NCBI GenBank assembly: GCA_029953675.1
Contig: JAMWBK010000003.1
Span: 372,001-436,000, forward strand
DNA: 64,000 nucleotides
Direction: 5' to 3'
DNA from: Rhodosorus marinus CCMP1338
Taxonomy: Eukaryota > Plantae > Rhodophyta
Below the pieces are notes generated by a model. The model had not been told where the DNA came from and ran no database searches. It saw only the letters and a list, made by a program, of their open reading frames with translations. Shown here piece after piece: positions 47,503-60,518 of this stretch. Made by a program: the position numbers and the translations under genes. Within the stretch, counting starts at the first letter, position 1. Every line of letters begins with the position of its first letter.

Positions 47503-49284
47503 ATGGCGGAGTCTGAGGTGAAGATGACTCCTGTTGAAGGAGACAAGGAAGGGGCTCCTCAAGGGGAAGAGAAGCTTAGCAAGAATGAACTGAAGAGGCG
47601 TTTGAAGGCTGAGAAGCAGCGAAAGGAGAAGGAGCTAAAGGAGGCGAAGAAACGGGAGGAGGCAGCGTCGAAGAAGGACAGTGGGGCTGGGAAGGCATCT
47701 GCGGAAGCCGCTGAAGAAGATTTGGATCCAACGCAGTATCTGAGCAATCGGATTGCGATGGTGAATGGCCTCAAAGATGCTGGTCAGAATCCATATCCGC
47801 ACAAGTTCAACGTGAGCATGACCATTCCGCAGTTTGTTGACGAATTCGCGGAAAAGTGCGTCCCGGGACAGCACCTGGAAGACATAGAAGTGTCTATCGC
47901 AGGAAGAGTTTTCCTTAAGAGAGCATCAGGGGCAAAATTAATCTTCTACGATTTGAAGTCGGATGGGGTCAAGCTTCAGATTATGGCCGATGCGAGGTAT
48001 GCCGGGAAGGATTTCGCGGAAGTGCACGGACGACTGAGGAGAGGGGATATAGTCGGTGTAAAAGGGTTTCCAGGAAAGTCTCGGAAGGGGGAGCTGAGTA
48101 TATTCCCTCGGGAAACGGTGCTTCTTTCCTCATGCCTGAGAATGCTGCCAAAGCGTGAACTCAAGGATTCTGAAGTCCGCTACAGGCAGCGATACCTCGA
48201 TCTCATGTTGAACGATGAATCGAGGAAAACTTTCATCACGAGAGCGCGGATAGTCCAGTACGTCAGGGATTATTTGAATAGGCGAGGATTCCTCGAGGTA
48301 GAAACCCCGATGATGAACACGATCGCTGGGGGTGCCACTGCTCGACCATTCGTGACACACCACAACGATCTGAATCTGGACATGTACATGCGAGTCGCTC
48401 CAGAGCTTTATCTGAAGGAGCTTGTTGTGGGAGGCTTGAACAGAGTCTACGAGATCGGGCGAAACTTCAGAAACGAAGGCATTGATCTTACCCACAATCC
48501 CGAGTTTACAGCATGCGAATTCTACGCAGCGTACTGGGATTACCACGACCTCATGAAGTTCACCGAGGATCTTGTATCGTCCCTTGTTAAGAGCATTTTC
48601 GGGACTTACAAGATCACTATCCATCCAGAGGGTAAGGATTCTGAAAAGACGGTCGAGATTGATTTCACACCGCCCTTCCGACGCCTTAGCATGGTTCAAG
48701 CACTCGGCCAGAAGCTTGGTGAAGAGATGCCGAAGGACATGAACGCTAAGGAGGCCAACGACGCCTTGGTCAAGCTATGCGAGAAATACAGAGTCGAATG
48801 CGCCGAACCGCGAACAACAGCAAGATTGTTGGACAAGCTAGTTGGCGACTTTCTCGAAGTGGAATGTTTGAATCCAACCTTTATCTGCGATCATCCAGAG
48901 ATAATGTCCCCGCTCGCGAAGTACCATCGGAATCTGCCCGGGATGACCGAGCGTTTCGAACTATTCGTCAACTACAAGGAGATCGTCAATGCATACACGG
49001 AGTTGAATGATCCAATTGTTCAGCGAGAGCGATTCACCGTGTCATCGAAGGATAACGATACAGGAGACGATGAAGCTATGGTGCATGACGAGGACTTCTG
49101 TGTGTCGCTTGAGTATGGACTTCCGCCCACAGCCGGATGGGGGATGGGACTTGACCGAATGACGATGATGTTGACAGACAATATTAGCATCAAGGAGGTT
49201 CTCTTATTCCCCGCAATGAAGCCGCTGGAGCAGAAGGGAGGAGGCGTTGTTGAAAGTGTAACGACTACAACCGAAACCCAATGA
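47503..49284 (+). CDS. KARS1: Cytosolic class II lysyl-tRNA synthetase, intronless
   Basis: [27 protein letters not shown], motif 2 [14 protein letters not shown] and motif 3 [15 protein letters not shown]. Confidence 0.97.
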   Translation: MAESEVKMTPVEGDKEGAPQGEEKLSKNELKRRLKAEKQRKEKELKEAKKREEAASKKDSGAGKASAEAAEEDLDPTQYLSNRIAMVNGLKDAGQNPYPHKFNVSMTIPQFVDEFAEKCVPGQHLEDIEVSIAGRVFLKRASGAKLIFYDLKSDGVKLQIMADARYAGKDFAEVHGRLRRGDIVGVKGFPGKSRKGELSIFPRETVLLSSCLRMLPKRELKDSEVRYRQRYLDLMLNDESRKTFITRARIVQYVRDYLNRRGFLEVETPMMNTIAGGATARPFVTHHNDLNLDMYMRVAPELYLKELVVGGLNRVYEIGRNFRNEGIDLTHNPEFTACEFYAAYWDYHDLMKFTEDLVSSLVKSIFGTYKITIHPEGKDSEKTVEIDFTPPFRRLSMVQALGQKLGEEMPKDMNAKEANDALVKLCEKYRVECAEPRTTARLLDKLVGDFLEVECLNPTFICDHPEIMSPLAKYHRNLPGMTERFELFVNYKEIVNAYTELNDPIVQRERFTVSSKDNDTGDDEAMVHDEDFCVSLEYGLPPTAGWGMGLDRMTMMLTDNISIKEVLLFPAMKPLEQKGGGVVESVTTTTETQ

Positions 49285-49821
49285 GTTCGTCCTTCCGATA
49301 CTTCCGGAATTCGGAGCATTGATATTCATGGGCAGATGGAGCGCTTGCGGCTGTGATGCCGCCTCATCCAGAATTTTTGACCTCTACTACTCAGAAAGCG
49401 TTTTGTGCGTGTGTAGCGCAGTTATGACTCGTATGCAAGAGACGAGAGGGCTCCGAAGCCCTTTCTACTGCGCGACCTGGCGAGTAGACTCAAGCAGCCT
49501 TAAGGACTGCGCGAGCTGTTAACCTCGAGTACGGCTGTCACAAGAAAAGGACTTTCTTGCATCGACAACGGTTCCCAGGCGCAAGCATTTTTTGATCTTC
49601 CAGACTGTCTGAGTACGCCATACCAGAGAAGCGCGACCAGAAAAGGACACAGCTAGGGTAGACGAACAATTCGGCCTGGTTGCTATACAGTTTATAGAGT
49701 GAAGCATAGAGGGCAATAAGTTCTCGCTCTCGCCGTGAATAATAATTTCTTCTTCCTCAACGGTTTTCGCCCAGGACGTAATTGCTATCGAGATCTAGCA
49801 AAATAATTAGTTTACATCTGT

Positions 49822-51047
49822 TCAAGAGGATAACGGCGTCACTTGCTGTGCTTCGTACACTCTCCGATTTGGGGTAGGATTCCTGGCGCTTCTTAACCCG
49901 AGAAATCCAATCTTCGCCGCCGCCCTAGCAAAGCAATGAGAGATGACTCCAAATTAACGATTGGGTTCCAGTCGGAGTAGAAGCAGGGTGGGTTCAAGTC
50001 CTTACCACATGGCTTCACCAGCACTTTCTCGAAGCGCTGGATCCTCTAACACTTTGTTACTTATTTTCACGGCTTCGGATTTCGTCTCACTTTCCGCAAA
50101 AGCTTTCGAAAAACACTCCGACACTAAAACATGGTGTCAAACCGCTATTTAGAATCTTTCCGACTAGAAAAGTATTCCGAGCACTTCCCCCTTACCAAAC
50201 TCATAACCCGCGCCCTTGAACTCATCGCTGTATAGAGCTTTCCGTATTGTTTCCAGTCCCTCGCCCTGAAATTCCGGATTAGACACAACCTCCATACCGG
50301 ACTTTGACGCGGCCTCATAGACTGGATCTGTTCTAAATACATGGTCGAAGAATTTTCTTGATTCTTGGAGAAGCTCGGGGTCTATAAGAAGCGACACCTT
50401 ACTAGATTAGCGCTACTGAAGCCCAAGATACCGTCGTTCGAAGTAACTAGGACTAGCTGCTGTTCCATACCTTGAGAAATTGCCTTTCCTACTTCGAGAG
50501 CGAAAGCCGTCGCCTCATCCTTAACTGCTACTTCGGATATAAATTTTTTTGCTGTTATTGATGTCTCCGCGTCGTCCAATAGAGCATTTGCGACGCTTTT
50601 CGCCATATCCTCTGCTTTCATGATGAGTCGTTCATCCCCCAGAGTTTTGGACGCAACCTCCGCCCCTTCTTGTTGGCTCCAATGCTTTATCCGATTCCAA
50701 TACAAAGCGGGGATTCCAACTAACCCCATCACCAAGAACACGGTCAGCCTAGTGATGGAATACCCTTTCATCTTCAAGGCTTCTTCCAGATCATGATAAG
50801 TTACGAGGATTTGATCTCTGTATCGAGCCGCATGCTCAGCAGGATTCGACACCATTCGGGTGGACGAAGAAAGTCCTCTCAATACATCGATGTCTGCTCG
50901 CCCCGTATCATACACGGCAGCCGAGGCCAAATTTGGCCTCCCTTGGTTCGCATGGAACATAGCCCTCATCGACACCCCAATTTCCTTTCTCACCGCTGGC
51001 CTCGCCAGCTGTAGGAGGGTACTCTTCGCCAAATACGACAGAGACAT
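49822..51047 (-). CDS. Uncharacterised probably mitochondrial single-pass membrane protein, about four exons
   Basis: Presequence-like N-terminus (MSLSYLAKSTLLQLARPAVR), one TM segment (LTVFLVMGLVGIPALYW), then amphipathic helices. GT-AG joins lead to a stop at 49822-49824. Confidence 0.7.
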
Positions 51048-53096
51048 TGCCCCCGTGCATTCACCTCATCACATCAAGATCCCCAAACAACAACACAAAG
51101 CCAAATGGTCCATGTCCACCCACCTCAGCCACTGTAAAAACCAATACAAAGTACACACACAAACCTTCACAAAATAGAACCCGAGCCGGCTCTCACAATA
51201 TCCAACGTAGGAAACGATATACCAGCCAAACAACTTCGAAGTCCAAACCTACAAACGGTCGCTACCACAGTCACCAACCTACCCACCCTCTCCCCCCCCT
51301 CCCACCCCCCAAAGTCGAAAATAGAAATACTCTTGAAGAAACCTTTTCCTCAACAAGTTTCCAGATAGCGTCACCCATCATCACCATTGATAGAAGACTC
51401 TCCCACCCACTCTTCAGCCTCTCAACCAGAATGCATTCTTTAGACCCCCCCCCTCTTCCCCCTCCTTAAATTTCCAAAATTAAACGATTAAAATACATTT
51501 TTTAAACTTTATTTTGACAATATTCAAAATGTTTGCATACTACATATCCCCTCTCTTCTTTCGAATCCTTCCTAATCATTTCTATTCAATTTGCTCGATG
51601 CCCCTACGAACAAAATGAATAATGAAAACATTTTAGCGTATTGTTGTACCCTCCTGATCGTGAAAAGCGGAAGAAAATAGAGGGACGCTCTCGAACGGTC
51701 GGCGTGGCTGAGTCACGATCTTGAATAAATATACTTTTATGGCAATATTCAGTCAATAATGATTATTCTATGCGATTATTGGTTATCATTGTCATAATGG
51801 ATTGCTTTTCGAATTTTTTAACGAATAGGGGAAGGGCAGGCGCATGCATCCAGTTTTTGGGGACTGCTAGAAACGACGACGTCATTACATACGTAATTAC
51901 TGCATTTAGTAAAAGGCCAAAGATCTTTTATCAAATATTTCAAAAATAAAACCATGCATCTGGCTCTATAGACGGCGTCAATTGCTGTACTGTTGAAAGA
52001 AAAAATATTTTAGGGCGTTCCCGCTCGATACCTTCTCACCCAATCAGAATTCAAACTATGGAAAAACCTCGAGAAAATAAGACAAAATCCGGCAACCGAC
52101 TATTCTAGAATTTCCCGCCAATTTATCGAAGTAAAAACATTAAATTATTAGGGTAGAGGATTGAGGATCTAGTAAACATATAAAGACTGCATATCAATCA
52201 ATATATGCTTTAGGGAGGGGGCGGGGGTTCCTCCGCCTTGAGTGGCTGGAGCTTTGGTTAGTTGAGATCTCGACCTGAAGACGAACGCCTGGTGGTAGAG
52301 GCTGGAATGAGTTTCTAGAGGTCATATTAATGTGTATTCATGAAATCAAAACGTTTTAATTGTCTGACGAATCGTGTCTGACGTGTTGAGGTTCCATCTG
52401 TTTGGTACGCGTTTCCCTAAGAATGAGCGGGGTTTTTGGTGGTTTCTTGCAGCCCATTTGCGAGATCACAGACTACTCGTTATCTGTAGCCGCGACAAGC
52501 TCAGCACTACTCAGGGTGGATGTAACCCGCTGGCTTTCAGATGTAGGGGCCAGGCGGGCCTATATCGCTGTCTCGAAGGTGCAAGCGCGCTTCTAAAGAC
52601 TTGGGGAAATAAACTCCATCCCTGAGCCACTGAATACGACGATCTGAATGGTTCCCAGAGCAGGACAGCTCTAGTCCTCCAGTGGCAACACTGCTTCTTA
52701 AACCTTAGCAATGCAACATCCAAACGTAGAATTCAGCAGGAGGTTCAAGCCCGGTTCAGGGACAACCGGCTGGAGGGTACCCGAGCAGCCACTAAGCGCC
52801 CTTCTGAGCTAGAAGGTTGACGGGTCCGATCTCCTCAAGGCCTGGACCAGAAGTTTTCCACTATGTGATTCTGCTGTCCTAATTTGCATGAGAGATTCTG
52901 ATCAGCCGGAAAAACCCATCCTTTAGAAGGTGCGGCAGCAGCCATCATCTGCTTGCCCAGCGGTTAAGAGGGCTGTCTGGCTTTGCAATGAGGAGAATGC
53001 CACCGAGAGGTTGAGCTGGTGAGGAAGTCGTTGAACTAGTATGAGTCTTTCTTAGACTCGTTGTCTGTGCTGGTTGTGTGCGTTTGATGAGTCATC

Positions 53097-54889
53097 ATGG
53101 CCATCTGTGAGGACCGAGTCATCGCTCATGTGGTGAGTTGCTTTGGTATTCGATGTCCATGTCACGGATTTTCTATTTCCTGTGTGCTTACTTGGTGTTT
53201 CCTCTTCCGTCTTGCTCTTCACACAGGACCTTGACGCGTTCTACGCACAGGTCGAAATGGTCCGACTCGGGGTGGATGAGGAAGCGCCTCTCTGTGTTCA
53301 GCAGTGGGAGGGTGTGATCGCTGTGAACTACCCGGCGAGAAAGCGCGGAGTGACCAGGTTCGACAAGGCTGGTGAGGTGAAGAAGAAGTGTCCCGAATGC
53401 ATTCTGGTCCACGTGGAAGTTCTCAGTGAGGAACAGGAGCAACCAAAGGCGAAGGTATCATTAGCACGCTACAGGGAAGCCTCTGCGAGGATTTTCAAGC
53501 TCATCTTGAGAGAAATCGAGAGAGTGGAGAGAGCCTCGATTGATGAAGCGTACCTTGACCTGACTGACATGGTAAAAAAACGAAGAGGGATCAGAGACAA
53601 TGACGAGAATCTCAGCAGAGCCTCTGACAGTATTATCCTTGGAGAAGGACTCGACCCGTCACGCAAAGTAGGTGGTTCCTTTCAATGTGAACGGATTGCA
53701 CGGCTTGTTTCTTTAACAGAACGTACTCGGGCTCTCGGAACTCCATTCCATTATTTAGGACGATCTCAGTTTGATTATTGGATCGGAAATCACAAGCGAC
53801 CTCAGACGAATGATCAGAGAGGAGCTAGGATACACGTGCTCGGCCGGTGTAGCTCACAATAAGACTCTTGCAAAGCTAGCCAGCGCCATGAACAAACCGA
53901 ATTGTCAGACGTTGGTTCCGAACTCCTGCGTTCAAGGCCTTATGGAAAAGCTGCCGTTTAGGAAGATAAGACAGTTGGGAGGAAAACTGGGCGGTGAACT
54001 GGAAGCTCTCGGCGTTGAAACTGCTGCACAAGTTCAGTGCTACAATCTCGAAGGTAAGCCTTTCGACGTCCGGCGAACAACCTCTGTTGCTCGTGACATG
54101 AGCGCTGAACTGCTTCCTTGTGACATGCGTTTCCTGTTCCCAGAGCTGTCGAGGCGGTTTGGCCAGAAGGACGCCCACTTCGTGTTCGACATTGTGCGAG
54201 GCATCGATCGCTCGGAAGTAGTCCCGAGGAGCAAACCCAAGTCGATGCTTGCGGCGAAGAGCTTATCTGGTGAACAGGACTGGGATGGTGTGAACAGATG
54301 GCTTCGAATGTTAGCGTCAGAGCTACATGATCGGATGCTATTCGACGAGGAAGTGAATGTTCGCGAGGCTCGAAACCTTGTTATCAGTTTCAAGTCCGGA
54401 TCAGTGCCTAGGACGACGTCGAAGACCCTCCCGATGCCAAGAGGGCAGTCCAACCGGCTAGAACGGATGTTGAAGGAGATGCAGTCGCTTCTCAGGAATA
54501 CTCCATCGTTCTCATTCCCCATTGATTTCCTGGGCTTGACGGCGACGAACTTTGAAGACAAACCTGCTGACAACGAGTCCATCAACAAGTTTCTAAAGCC
54601 TTCTGCACCAGGAAGCCATCAAGCTCCTATTGAAAAAGTACAAGCGTCAAAGAATGAGAATCCTGGTATCAAGAAGTGGTTGCTGGGGCCCAAAGCGCCG
54701 CCAGATCCGGAGAAACAAGCGGAGGAACTATCCCAAGAGACAGCTGACTTTCTGTTGGCGAAGAAACTGCAAAGAGATGATGACATTGAAGCAAGTCGTC
54801 AGTACTCAACGGGAAAGAGCGGTCGTGCACAACTAAAGAAGCCTAGGCGCGGAACGATAGACTCGTTCCTCCAGAAGGCTCCAGACTGA
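53097..54889 (+). CDS. POLH: Y-family DNA polymerase eta, multi-exon (first intron 53133-53226)
   Basis: RVIAHVDLDAFYAQVE, AVNYPAR, YREAS, ERASIDEAYLD, SAGVAHNKTLAKLAS, KIRQLGGKLG and KSMLAAKS. Confidence 0.93.
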
Positions 54890-55016
54890 TCGCTTTATGC
54901 ACAACCTTCGCGAACACCTCGGCGTTTACAATTATTTGAATCAGCGTGCCGTGTGACGTAGCAGGTCCCTACTTCCTCTTTCAGCCAGTCTGGAGTCAGA
55001 CGATGTCTTCGTACAG

Positions 55017-55345
55017 CTTCCAGGAAGGAGGGGACATCTCAATCCATCGTGCTGGTGAGCCAAGTGGATCCGCATCGAACACAGAAGCTCCTAAGGACCG
55101 CACACAGTACTGATTGATACATTGTCGTTCAAGTCCACAAGCCTCGGCACCCGCCGAGGCTTGTGGAGTGGTCCTTGAGCTAAAGCAGCACCTTCCAGGA
55201 AGGAGGGGACATATCGATCCATCGTGCTGATGAGCCAAGTGGATCTGCATCGAACAGAAGCTCCTAAGGAGCGCACGGTACTGATAGATAGAGTGCTGTT
55301 CAAGCCCACAAGCCTCGCCATCGCCATGGCGTTGGTCCTTGAGCA
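55017..55345. repeat. 175-bp imperfect tandem duplication; copy 1 carries a perfect 15-bp hairpin (55134-55167)
   Basis: cttccaggaaggaggggacat at 55017 and 55192; stem tccacaagcctcggc / accc / gccgaggcttgtgga. Confidence 0.9.
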
Positions 55346-55676
55346 AACGAAGAGTTTTGGCAGCGAGTCACTGCCTTTTTGTTCTTCCCGTGGAGAAAGC
55401 TGCTGTTCTCTTTCCAGAAGAGAACAGCAACTTCAAGTTTTGGTACGTTTCTATTTTTGGTTGAATGAGAATTTTCTTTTTGAGTTAAAACAAAAGTCGT
55501 TCGACAACGTGTCCGGAACCGCCCGATGTCATTGAGGTGGATAGCATCGATTGCTATCGATGGGGTCGAGAGAAGGGCTTGATGATGATCTGGTCTGGGC
55601 GAACAGCCTTTAATTCAGTTTGCCGATCTATTTGCACCATTTTTCGTGAGCATTTGTTCCTTATCGTTTCGAGTAG

Positions 55677-57302
55677 ATGATTTCGCCGCCGTGCTTCGCG
55701 TCCAGTCCAGCTACTAACGTTCGAGGATGGCGAGGGACATCTGTCATAGCGAAATCGCATTGTCTAGCCATTGATGTAGGAACTGGGAGCTTGAAATCCG
55801 CTCTTGTGGATTTGAGCAGCGGGAGGGTGGTCAAGCATGAAAGCGCGAAACTTGATACCGTTCGCCGAGATGCTGCTTCCGTTGAGCAGAGACCCAGCGA
55901 CTGGTGGCACACAACCTGTGAGACGGTGGGAAAGGTTTTGACAGACTTGGACGACGCCATCGTCCTCTCTTCAGTCGCAGTGACCGGCCAAATGCAGGAT
56001 CTGATCATTATAGATGAAGCCGACAATGTGTTATACGATACTGCGATTCTGTACTCGGATAAGAGAGCAGTCTCTGAAGCACAGGCACTCACCGAAAAGC
56101 TTGGAATGAGAGTTACAGCGGACACTCTCCTTTCCAAACTTCTCTGGGTGGAGAGGAACTGGAATGTTTCTAGTATGTCGTCCTTTTTACCAACACGAAG
56201 TCCTGATCGATAGCAACAACTCCTTAAGCTGATTCGCTTCGTTGATCTCCTTCACCGCAAAGGCATTGGACGTGAAAGAAGTAGGGTGCTAATCGGTGCA
56301 GCGGACTGGATATCATTCAAACTCTGCGGCGCGCATGTCTCTGATCCAACTACGGCCACGACAACATCACTAGCTGACAGCTCAGGTAGATCCTACTCTG
56401 TTGAGGTACTCAAAGACGCTGGCCTCGAACCGTGGATCAGATCGCTGCCTGAACTACACGATGAGATCAAAGTTTGTGGCTACGTGAACCAAAGCATAGC
56501 CGAAGAAGCGTCACTAGCTTTGCTTTCTGATCTACCAGTCATCCACGCTGGAGGCGATGCGGCTACGACAACTGTTGGAGCTGGAGCTGGGATACCCGGC
56601 TGGACGCACATGTATGTAGGAACCAGTGGATGGATAGGCGGATCGATCGACAGTAACTCCATAGCGGCTTCAGGTACTACTGTCTTTCAGTTGGGCCATC
56701 CTGTGAAGGACTTTCAGATCCGATTGGGTTCAATGACAACCGCTGGAGGATGTCTGACCTGGATAAAGAACCTACTAGGATGTTCATGGCTGGAGCTGAA
56801 CCAGATGGCATCGTCATGTCCTCCGGGTTCGTCTGGAGTACTGTTCTATCCACACTTGGCTGGCGAGAGGTGTCCTTTCGTTGATCCGCTCGCTACGGCG
56901 AGCTTCTTGGGTCTGCGCGGAGGAGTCGACGCTGCTGCGTTGGTGAGGTCGGTTATGGAAGGTGTCGCTTTCAACATGCTTGATTGCATGCGTGAAATGG
57001 AGGCTTCAGGGTTTCCAGTGGGAGAAGAAGTCGTTATGGTAGGCGGAGGTTCGAGGTCGAGTGTCTGGTGTGAGATTTTCGCTTCGGTTCTCGAACGGCA
57101 GATTTTGGTGCAGGAGGATTCGGCTTTCTCGGGGCTGAAGGGCGCAGCAGCGATCGCAGCAGTGGCTATCGGAGAACAGCAGGATCTCTATCCAACGAGC
57201 TGGAGACAGAACGGAAGCATCTACAAACCAGTCCACCACGAGCTTTATCAGATGATACACAGGTCGTGGCGAGAAAAACACCCTCAAAATGGAGTTGCTT
57301 AA
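55677..57302 (+). CDS. xylB: FGGY-family sugar kinase, bacterial XylB (xylulokinase)-type; intron 56173-56262
   Basis: LAIDVGTGSLK, EQRPSDWW, TGQMQ, ILYSDKRA, GGDAAT, VGTSGW, FYPHLAGERCP, SVMEGVAF and GGGSRSSVW. Confidence 0.85.
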
Positions 57303-57452
57303 CAGCTGTGGATAGAGTGCTGGGCTGATAGTAGTTGACAAACAGAACGTTAGCAAGTAGCGCACTCAGCGACTTGAATATTGGGTCCACGAGAAAGGGT
57401 TAGATAATAGTTAAAATATTTTACATGGCTTGGAGCGACGGTGAGTGTTTTG

Positions 57453-58160
57453 TTAGTGCCTCCTCCTTCGCTTGTCGCGTCTCCTCCCTCCACTGTAGGC
57501 GGTAAATCCTTCATGATAGTCACGGCTTCTATCGTCCGGTAGAGGGGTTTGCTTGGAACGGTTCGACTTAGAAAGAACGGCTTCAATGCGTTTCCGTTCT
57601 GCTGCTTCCCGCTTCTCCCTCTGCTGTCTAAGCTCATCCATACTAGTCGTTTGCGATTTGCTCGACGTCTTTCGCTTTTCACGAGTTTTCTTCACAGATT
57701 TTTCCTTTTTGGACGAGGCGGAAGCGAGAGGATCCTCCCGGTGCTTGCGCTTGTCCTCCCTCCATTGTTTCCGGGAGTCGGCATTCGCAGCAAGCCGCGC
57801 TTCAGGGTCTTCTGTCGCGTACCAAGGCCTCTTTTGTCGCTCCCTCCCACCGAGATAATCCCGCGACGAGTCTAGTTCCCTCGCCTCTCTCTTTCTCCGT
57901 TCCTTCGCGACATCTGGATTCTCAGATCCAGCCTTTCTCTCCTCCTCAGCGAACAAGGAAAACCTCACTTCCTCTTCGCGACCATTCTTAAAGCTCTTGG
58001 ACTTGCCCCTCAACCTCTCAAGCCGCTTCTCAGACTCAACCTTCAACGCCTTCTCCTTCCTCTCGCTCTCCTCTAACCGAGCCCGCTCTTCATCCTTCTC
58101 CACTCGTGCAATATTCTTCACACTCCATACGTTCCAACTCTTATGCGGTAATATATTCAT
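57453..58160 (-). CDS. LENG1: LENG1-like protein (CIR_N domain), intronless
   Basis: The start MNILPHKSWNVWSVKNIARVEKDE matches the LENG1 N-terminus (MNILPKKSWHV...NVARVRRDE), followed by a charged coiled coil. Confidence 0.85.
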   Translation of the reverse strand: MNILPHKSWNVWSVKNIARVEKDEERARLEESERKEKALKVESEKRLERLRGKSKSFKNGREEEVRFSLFAEEERKAGSENPDVAKERRKREARELDSSRDYLGGRERQKRPWYATEDPEARLAANADSRKQWREDKRKHREDPLASASSKKEKSVKKTREKRKTSSKSQTTSMDELRQQREKREAAERKRIEAVLSKSNRSKQTPLPDDRSRDYHEGFTAYSGGRRRDKRRRRH

Positions 58161-59156
58161 CTTTGCTCGTGGCCAACGAAAAAAGTACTAAGCTACCCAG
58201 TTACCAAGCTCCTTTTCTTTCAACCCTCGTTTCCACAATCAGCACTTCCTCATATCACAATCTCCAAGCCCCTGGTCCTGTCAATCAACACGAAGAGCTT
58301 CCTCACCCAAATACACCCACAGAAATCTCGTATTTACCGCAGCTCCGACATTCTTCTCTGACCAAAGGTTTGCCGTATCTTGCTGTCGCTACAGTCACCA
58401 CATCCTCATATCATGAAATCCCGGCATCTCCCTTCAACCTCCTCCCGCCCGTTAAACCCCAAATGCTTTTGCATACTTCCGGTTCAGCTTTCTTCATCCG
58501 GTCGCAACATTACGTTCTGAGTAAAACTTATACCCAAATGCCTGGAGAAGACGTCCTGTTGTAACATCTATGAAGAAAACAAGCGTTCATTTCAGATCTT
58601 GCTTCGACAGTAGCATCATCCTCAGACCACTCAGTCCAGCTTCTTCTTCCACCCACTTGGTCTAGGTCGGACTGCCCTCCATGCCAGAAGTGCTCCGGCA
58701 ATCAGTTTAAGCCAGCTTCATGTCCGACCGTAGTCAAAGAGAGCCTGAAGAAGTGTAGAAATCCTGGCCTCTACAATCTATCTAAAGAAGCAGACTTGAG
58801 CAAGGCTTCACCTTCTCCTCCACCTCAACGGACTTGACAAGTTGTCCAAGGATTGGTTTCTGGTCGGATCCGGCAATACGCAAAACACGTCAGCATACTC
58901 TCAGCCAGCTTCCAGCATCCGGTCGCAGTGTTAAGAAGCACGAAAATTTTCCAAAGAGACTAAAGAAGAATCAAGAATTCCGTCGCCTAGTATCTATGGA
59001 GAAGAAGGCTTGGCTTGTCGTCGGCCCGACGAAAATGATCTCCTGGAAAGAGAAGCTACAGGTCGTCACCTGTTATCGGATTGGGTTTCTGAATAAGTTC
59101 TTGAGATTTTGGAAAATCCTAGAGAGAAAGGTTATCAGTGAAACGAGTCCGACATA

Positions 59157-60518
59157 ATGGCTGTTGAGGATGATTCGATGAAGACCGCTGCAGATGCGGT
59201 TCTTGTAAAGTCAAGTTTACCGTCAGAGTTCACCGATGTCGTGAAAGGCCACGATTTTGCGGAGGTTTCTGGGGAGAAGGGATCAAACGACGTCGATTAC
59301 AACAAGCTGCTTCGGAGTTACTTGAGCTCCGGTTTCCAGGCGACCAACTTTGGCCTTGCTGTTAAGATCGTTGAACAGATGGTGAGCTACTATTCCTCGG
59401 CCCCGGAGCTCTGAAAATGAAAACCTGAAGACCGCTGCGCTGAAACAGATTCAATGGACACCCCCGAAAGAGAGCCTTGACGACAAGAGCATGGGGCCTG
59501 ATGACCGCTGCACAATCTTCTTAGGATATACCTCCAACTTGATCTCCTCTGGTGTTCGAGAGACGATTCGTTTCCTGGTTCAGCACAAAATGGTATCGGC
59601 AAAAGAAACAGCAGCTATGTTACAGAAGCATATCCTCCCGCAAAGGCTGACTTTCGCGGGCTTGTTCTTGCTTCTCCGTAAGTGAAGGTTGACGCGGTCG
59701 TTACCACAGCTGGCGGTGTTGAGGAAGACCTAATCAAGTGTTTAGGATCTACATACCTTGGAGACTTCAAACTTGAAGGCAAGACGCTCCGACAGCAAGG
59801 AATCAACCGCATAGGAAATCTTGTGGTACCTAATGAGAACTACTGCAAGTTTGAGGACTGGCTGATGCCAACATTGGACAAAGTTCTTGAGGAGCAGGAC
59901 TTAGAGCAGCCTTGGACTCCGTCTACCTTGATCCAGCGGCTAGGAAGGTATGTTCCAAGCACATCCTTCGAAAAAAGGCTGAGTTTTCCCTGACGACCAC
60001 GATCTTGCGTTCGTTCTCCATGTAGGGAGATCAATGACGAAAGCTCAGTTTGTTACTGGGCAAGTCGGAACAATATCCCAATCTTTTGTCCAGCGCTAAC
60101 GGATGGATCCTTAGGAGACATGATCTTCTTCCATTCTTACCGGAAGCCTGGATTGGTGATCGACCTGGTACAAGACATCCGCGCCATGAACCAGCGCGCG
60201 CTTGCCGCGAAACAGAGCGGTATGATAATTTTAGGTGGCGGCGTCGTGAAACACCATATCTGCAACGCGAACTTGATGCGAAACGGTGCCGACTTTGCTG
60301 TGTACATGAACACCGGGCAGGAGTTTGATGGAAGCGATTCCGGCGCCAGTCCAGACGAGGCTGTGTCTTGGGGGAAGATCCGACCAGAAGCGCAAAAGGT
60401 CAAGGTCTCGGTGGACGCCTCTCTTATGTTCCCTCTTCTCGTCGCGGAGACGTTTGCCAAACACGTTGATCACTTCAAGTCAAGAATCAAGTCTCAGGAA
60501 CTTCCAACATCATCTTAG
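59157..60518 (+). CDS. DHPS: Deoxyhypusine synthase, multi-exon
   Basis: [48 protein letters not shown] and [18 protein letters not shown]. Confidence 0.96.

Noticed and set aside
49985-50005. GGTTCAAGTCC T-loop-like motif
   Set aside because: No cloverleaf; it overlaps a splice donor of the minus-strand gene.
52300-53050. Short ORFs upstream of POLH
   Set aside because: No recognisable homology; could be UTR or relic sequence.
19744-54889. Cluster of genome-maintenance genes (ZIP4, TTI2, APE1, PICH, Pol eta)
   Set aside because: They are interspersed with unrelated genes, and such density is plausible by chance in a compact genome; it would need synteny or enrichment statistics.
58200-58450. 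Repeated tgatatgagga on the minus strand as C/D snoRNA boxes
   Set aside because: Not a canonical C box, and no terminal stem or guide could be identified.
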